Assembly (NCBI GenBank): GCA_964658305.1
Contig: OZ210885.1
Coordinates: 62,001-126,000, forward strand
Source of the DNA: Leptogorgia sarmentosa
Taxonomy: Eukaryota
Direction of reading: 5' to 3'
Length of the DNA: 64,000 nt
The notes under the pieces are model-generated. The model ran no database searches. It was given only the letters and a program-made list of their open reading frames with translations, and was not told the DNA's origin. Positions 57,734-64,000 of this stretch are shown here, in pieces. Both the position numbers and the translations under genes were made by a program. Each line of letters opens with the position of its first letter. Position 1 is the stretch's first letter.

Positions 57734-58476
57734 CATGGGCGTACGGGACCGGTAAATTCTGGGGGGGCGGGAGCCTATTTGCCCAAAAAATATTATGTAT
57801 TTAAACAAGTAACTAAATACGAATTCCACTGTTCTATAATATATAATTATTGCGTTCGTTCGCGATTAACGTATATGGCGCTATTAAAATGCGCGCTTCA
57901 AAAAAAGAAACTGTTTCTTCTCTTTCTGCTGCCAAATATGCCAATAATGCGCTCAATCGCATCATTCATGACAGTGTTTGCATATGCGATGCTCTTCACC
58001 CGCGTTTGACTCATCGTATTGCGGAGGTATGCATGTTTTCGGTCGGCGAAGGGCACTGAATGAACGTTCTGCAGGCTGCGGCTGGTATGACTTTATCATT
58101 AGTTGAGCAAACTCTGGAAGCATTTCAAATAAGTGATTCTTGCATGTTGCGAGAACTTCGGGTTTAATTCATAAAACAGTGACACAGGGACGTAGGAACA
58201 TTTCCAACATTTGGGGGCGTCAGAGTCTAACTCTAGAATCAAGGATTTTTGCTCCCCCACCCCCAAGCTGAACGTAAATCAAATAGAGGGGAATCAACGT
58301 ATGGTTATTGTCGATAAATGAATTTCATACAATATGAAATATATAGGCCAACCTACAAACACTTGCCCAAATTTTCCTTCAGTGCCCAAAAAAATCAACC
58401 TTTCCCAAAATTTGGGGGGGGGGGGGTGTGGGGGGGGAGGTGTGGCTGCAGCCCTCCCCGCCTCGTACGCCTCATG
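57734..58476. mobile_element. MITE related to the 34756-35117 family
   Basis: CATGGGCGTACGGG ... CCTCGTACGCCTCATG ends with the same G-run/GGCTGCAGCCC subterminal motif. No clear TSD. Confidence 0.6.
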
Positions 58477-59281
58477 TCGTTTTATCTGACGAGGTTAAAT
58501 ATAGTCAAACTAAAACCTGCCTAGAAGTTTCTCTTGCCATTTCGGGGTTTTTTCACACGTCGTGCTTTTTAGCAAGTCCAATCATTGCTACGGGTCGCAC
58601 TTTTTTTCCACAAGTTGGACGATTGTAATTAATGTGAAATCTCTCAAACTGTTTGAATCTTTGGTTAACAATCTTTGGTTCAGAGGAGAACATCTGGATA
58701 GTGCCAAAGCTTCGTGATAATTGCTTTCTAAATTCGGAGAACAGGTTAATTGTTGGAATGTTTTTCCATCTGGTCGGACAAAAACGTTGAAATCGACGCG
58801 TGCCGCCACACCAGGGAACAAAACTCCAATACAGACCTCAAAAACTGTGATATTTGCATATTGGATTCTTCAAATTTCAATTCATATTTGATTCTAACAT
58901 TCCTAATCTTTTTTCATTTTAGAATTTACTAGAAGGTAAGCGACTATTTCGAACTAAAACATGGTTCTGAAATAAATTTGAATTATACCAGCGCCGCTTA
59001 GCGCCGCGCCCGTATAACTACTGTATATATTTCACCATATTTACTGTCGTTAATATAGAAACACTGCGAGCCCAACGGCAAGTGACAGCGACGAAACTGC
59101 TGCAAACCATCATGAACTCAGTGACAACGTAATTCACGAGGAAGAAGATGGCAACGTCTGCGATACAGTGAACTCCTCTGAGACGTCGGAAAGTGAGAGC
59201 AATCCTACTGAAGACAATCCTCGTATAGCGATGAAACAGCCGCAATGAAAAAAACCTCTTCACGAATAACGTATATAATAT

Positions 59282-59580
59282 GTTAGTAGAATCATACTCG
59301 TATACTATTGCAAATGCTGCAATTTGATTGGCTACTCTACTCGCTATCTATTCCTCGATAGATAGCGAGTAGCAAAATATGTGAATTTTCGTTCAAGAAA
59401 ATGTTTTCTGAGACGCGGTTTTAAATTATTTTTTGCAATATTTTCATGTTTGATCTCTGATTCTACTAAAACAATTAGATTACTCGCTCTCGATTTCTAC
59501 GAGATGATAGTTGATTCGGGCTTCGCCCTCATCAACTATCACCTCATAGAAATCTCGAGCTCGTAATCTAATTGTTAAAT
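59282..59580 (-). mobile_element. Reverse-strand copy of the ~300-bp hairpin element
   Basis: Near-identical reverse complement of 23282-23581. Confidence 0.9.
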
Positions 59581-61903
59581 ATCGATATTCTTCTCTTTAG
59601 GGAGAGTATTGAACTTTGGTAAGGATAGTTATGTGATACCACTATACTCACCACCTAAACATTCAGCTCACGAAACACCAGGGGAGGAGGGAGAGCTGGG
59701 TGATGATCAAAATCAATTGCACTTTCAAGTTTACAAACATTTACAATTTTCCAATTATTTGTACGAGTGAACAAAAACTAAACAATGGTTATGCCACAAT
59801 CTCAACTACAGGCGTCTTAACGATAATTTACATAATTCATGACAGGTTCTTGCCAGAAGTTACACAATTACAATGATAGTCAAACAATATCAATCAAAAA
59901 TGCATCATTACAACATTCAAAAAGCTGTATTTATCATTAGAAAACACACCACACGACTAGAAAAATCGATATGAAATAACTGAAGAACATCATGTGCAAG
60001 GCTAATATTTACACCAGCTTTGGGTTCCAATAGCAACTTCAAAGTCGAGTCATGGCGATAAAACAATAACAAAGTAGAACGACAAAGGACAGAAGTAAAA
60101 CTTTAGTGAAATGAGTCAATTTTCGAATCTGGTCCAGTTTGATTAGCTCGCCAATGCTACTGGTGGCCATTTTGTAGTGCGTTTTCTGCACACTGAAAAA
60201 TATTCATGCACTATGCATCTTGAATATCACTTCCGCTTCAACAGGTGTTTGATATGCGAAGGATTTATTTACGATACTTTATAGGAGCTGATAGAATACA
60301 AATCTCCACTGCTTTTCATTTTTCAGCTGTTCGTCCACAGCGTTGAAGCATGCAAGAGTGCTGATCTTCTCTTGTGATAAACACGCTACCAGATTCCAAG
60401 ATGGGTGGATCGTTTTTTGGCCAAAATCACATTCACAAAACTTCGTGTGTCCAGTACACATTTTTTCATTCATTTCTGCAACTTTTTGGAGCGCACAGAC
60501 CGTCGTGGTAAAATGACGGCCAAGTGCCGGCACGTTCGTCTTTTGTAAAGTACTGTTGTGTTTTTCACGCGTTTCGACGCGTTTTCAATTGACTTTTCTT
60601 ACAAACATCACTTTAATATTGCTATAAATCATTAGAGCGTAAAAATCGTTTTTTATACGAAATTACGCTTAAACTGTTCGTCTTTAGTTTGGCTTCGTTA
60701 TGTCTTTTTGTGTCGAGCAAATCTTCTGTTGGATTCATAAAACTTTGTGTCTTCTGCGAGTGCTCTTTTATGTCTTCCTGAAGTATCTCAGCGTGTAAAT
60801 CTGTCCTTTTTTTTCTGTTTGGTCTGTCATCTGTCATGTTTTGTTTTATGTCAAACTAGATTGCCTTTTTGGGCATATTTCTTTCTTGTTGCAGCAGACA
60901 TCACATTCATAAGGTTTTCTCGTCAGTATTCGTTCGTTCAGGTATAGTCTATATTCGACGTGCAAAATTTCTACGTACGCTCCAAACGCTCTTCAGTAAA
61001 GTCCCTTTGTGTTTTGTTACTGCCAGGTCTTGAATTAAAAAACGTTTCCGTGAAAACGATACAAGTTCATTTCCCATGTCGTGAGGGTTTAACTTTTGTC
61101 TGAAAAGCATCGTCTAGTTGTGAAATTGTGTATTTGGTTTGTCAAATTTTAAAGGCCAAAAATTTCGCATTGAACAACGCTTTGTGCTAGTTGTACTGAG
61201 TTTCCAAACTGAAAAACCGACTTCAAAAATTTTTTGTTACAAACATTAACGCATTCGCAGGATTTTCGTCTTTTTGCCGAGCTGGATTTGAAATAGTTTT
61301 GTTCGCCAGACGCCGATGTCTTCCAGTTGGCTGTCGTGCAGTTATCGATACAAAACTTTTGTTGTATCTGCGACTTCCAACGTTTCACGGCTATCATCTA
61401 CTCAATCTTTCAAGATGTTACGACAAATCTTTAAAAGAATCTTTTGTCATTATTTTTTTTAAATTCGTCATTTCTATATTTAAAACATTTCAACTTTTCC
61501 GAGAAACGGTGGTGTGTTTTCTATTTAACAAAACAAAAAAGCAACAAAAACAACAAAAAATCAAAAAGCACAAAAACAACAAAAAATCAACACAATATCG
61601 TACACTATTTTGCCTTCTCAACGCAAGCAGTTTACCACCCAAAACCAAAACGCAAAAAAAACTTGAATCGAAGGCAAACAACAAATCAGGATTTACCTCG
61701 AAGGAGCGAACGAGGAAAATATCCTGACGAAAACAACCAATAAAACCAAAGTACAGCAAAGCTTGGCTTAATCAGAATGTGGGAGTCATTTTTTCGAGCT
61801 TGGCGTAGCCCTAATATGTCTTGATACACAATGTCAGTAGCTTCATTAAAATCTTGCTAGGAATTAAACTATTTAAAGTTCCTCATCACACTTCAAATTG
61901 TAC

Positions 61904-62819
61904 CTAATTATCACGTTGTTGATATCCACCGCGACCACCACGTTGTCCTCTGTTACCACGGAAGTTCCCTCGACCACCCCTGTTGTTACCACGGAAACCA
62001 CCACCGCGCTAAATGACAAACATTGAATGTCAATGGAGACCTCGCACTGTGTGCCAACATACGACACGACCAAACTTTTGCACCTGAGTACTAGTAGGCG
62101 CCTGAGTACTAGTAGGCGGGAAAGGGGGGGGGGGGGTTATCTTTTGGCCTCCACCTATTCCTTGTGATAAACCTGGTTATGATAACAAATCCAAAACTTG
62201 CGGTAAATTGTTTTATTTCATTACCAATTTGTTAGCCAAGCCAGCAGTGTTATTACGTCATTTTAAACACATCAGCCTCATATACCGTCCTGATATCATC
62301 ATTTATGTATTCAGGTTGATAACACAGTAAGATGTAATCATTGGCTGCATTCTTATCACAGTCGTAAATCATAAATTAATTGTAATCAATTATAAAGCTT
62401 TGGAGGCGTATAAAACACGAAATGAAATGTGCCAGCACGCTTTTACAATTAGACAGTACTCTAGAAAACATTCAAATAAAAAATATAAATTGTTCATTGC
62501 ATGGTCACAATAATGTAATAGAATGGCGCAGTTTTTGTGTTTTGAACCAAGATGTCACAATGGGCTGGGCCATGTGATGCAGTTGTAGTTGTGAAAGTCA
62601 TTCTCACCTGATTTTGTCCACCCCCACCTCTGGCAAAACCACCAGCATAATTTCCCCCACTGCCATAGTTGCCACCACCGTAGTTACCACGGTTACCACC
62701 ACCACGACCCCCACCTCCTCTTGCTCGAAATCCTCCCCTTCCCCGTCCTCCACGATCGCGATCTCCGCCTCTAGGATTGCTTTCCTCTGAAGGACGGTAT
62801 TGTTCTGAAATCTCGTAAC
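61904..62819 (-). CDS. Last two coding exons of an RGG-box RNA-binding protein; the gene continues upstream
   Basis: Exons 62819-62608 and 62008-61904 read YEISEQYRPSEESNPRGGDRDRGGRGRGGFRARGGGGRGGGNRGNYGG...QNQ|RGGGFRGNNRGGRGNFRGNRGQRGGRGGYQQRDN*. The family cannot be determined from this fragment. Confidence 0.85.
62273..62347 (-). ncRNA. Intronic box C/D snoRNA, copy 1 (predicted guide for the 18S site equivalent to yeast Cm1007/snR79)
   Basis: CAGCC/GGCTG terminal stem, box C ATGATTA, D' CTGA, C' ATGATGA, guide AGGACGGTAT, box D ATGA. Sense to the host gene. Confidence 0.8.
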
Positions 62820-63237
62820 CTGAGAATGAAAAAAAAATGTTACTGTCAACTGTACAAAACCGCGGAGAGAAATTTTGTTGAAGTGAAAACCGAGATAACC
62901 AACTTGTTCAGTGACGGCTTTGTATAAAGACGGTTTTCCACACGTGACTGTTTCCGCGCGAAGCAACATTTTCCCGCCAGTATCGGTTTTGCTGACGTGG
63001 TAAGTGATGCCGACAAGGAAAAAATATCGCTTGTGGCTTAAGAAGTAAATCCAACTCGAGAATTTTACTTTGAAGAAGATAAGCGGACGTGGTTCAGTAG
63101 AGAAAGTTTCGCACATTTTGGTAATACTGGGAGGTTCACATTCAACTTCCACAACCGACAAGGGAAGCACATGAACCAACTGGATTGTTAGGCAGAACTT
63201 CTTTGTGGAAGCAAAATCTTCTTAAAAAAATATTTAC

Positions 63238-63300
63238 CAGCCTCATATACCGCCCTGATGTATTCAAGTTGATAACACAGTAAGATGTAATCGCTGGCTG
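63238..63300 (-). ncRNA. Intronic box C/D snoRNA, copy 2 (more degenerate)
   Basis: Same terminal stem, internal tract and box D. Box C is GCGATTA, D' is TTGA, a 12-nt deletion removes C', and the guide is AGGGCGGTAT. Confidence 0.65.
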
Positions 63301-63352
63301 CAAAAAACATCAAAAGTTGCCCAACAATAAATAATAGCCTGAGACAGACGAA

Positions 63353-63765
63353 TAATTAACAATTATTGGATGAGGTTTTTGTGATATGAGGAATTATCAA
63401 GGTCGAGGTAAGCGTTATTAGCCGAGCTGAAGGCGCGAGGCTGATAACGATTACCGAGACCTTGATAATTTTGCCTATCACAAAAACCGAATTCAATAAT
63501 TGTTTTATTATACATTTGAAGAATAATAAACAAAGTATTAACGCATGAAAAACTTTATTTATGAAAACATAGGTTCATTTTGAACGTAATTAGTCATCTG
63601 CTAGCAGATAACTAATTAGGTACAAAATGAGCCTATTTTCATAAATAAAGTTTGATAAAGATAACTCAGTTATCTGCTAGCAGATAACTGGATTTCCTGT
63701 GGGTTGCGTGATTGCGCGATTTAACTGTATGGTCTTAGCCAATCAGATTGCTTTTATACAATTAT
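63353..63765 (+). mobile_element. Non-autonomous hairpin element (Crypton-like architecture)
   Basis: A ~145-bp hairpin at 63358-63504 (AACAATTATTG...CAATAATTGTT) and AGCCAATCAG near the other end, the same layout as 3250-3819 inverted. Confidence 0.7.
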
Positions 63766-64000
63766 ACGTCTGAGAACAATCGTTACTAATCTTGCCTGAT
63801 CTAATTAGCATAACTTTAAAAGCATAAATTAAATATCAGCATAATTTGACATAATTAGCACTCAGGTGATCCATATACGTGTGTGTATTGTCCATTGATG
63901 ATGTCTTTAACAAGTCGATCGTCGTGTTGATCTGATACACAAGCGGCCGATACGCCTAGTTTGTTTAAATGTCTAACTTGATCTTCCATAAGGGCTTTGA

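Noticed and set aside
62604..63179. 191-aa ORF from the ORF track
   Set aside because: It is in the wrong frame. The splice-bounded RGG frame explains the exon and the rest looks intronic.

Overview
AT-rich, intron-rich animal genomic DNA, probably anthozoan (cnidarian). That assignment is inferred from repeat families and gene content, not proven. Exon structures were assembled by hand from GT-AG sites and frame continuity. From left to right: (1) 1-3000, a telomere-like 21-bp G-rich satellite arranged in a 688-bp higher-order unit that carries an MFAP1 exon; (2) a ~152-bp GC-rich repeat interrupted by a Crypton-like deletion derivative; (3) an unprocessed, internally deleted MFAP1 pseudogene; (4) a degenerate multi-exon locus; (5) RPS10 (-) head-to-head with TMEM263 (+); (6) an ETS-domain factor with five short symmetric internal exons and an intronic minimal hammerhead motif; (7) a ~1028-aa ankyrin-repeat TRP channel converging on GST omega; (8) AKT1S1/PRAS40, with a 2-kb TIR element in its promoter; (9) a single-Ig-domain gene whose GPI-like tail lies behind two in-frame TGA codons, followed by a duplicate of the AKT1S1 3' end; (10) the 3' end of an RGG-box gene hosting two intronic C/D snoRNA copies with co-varying non-canonical boxes. 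Several MITEs have clear target-site duplications. No CRISPR array or prokaryotic features were seen.
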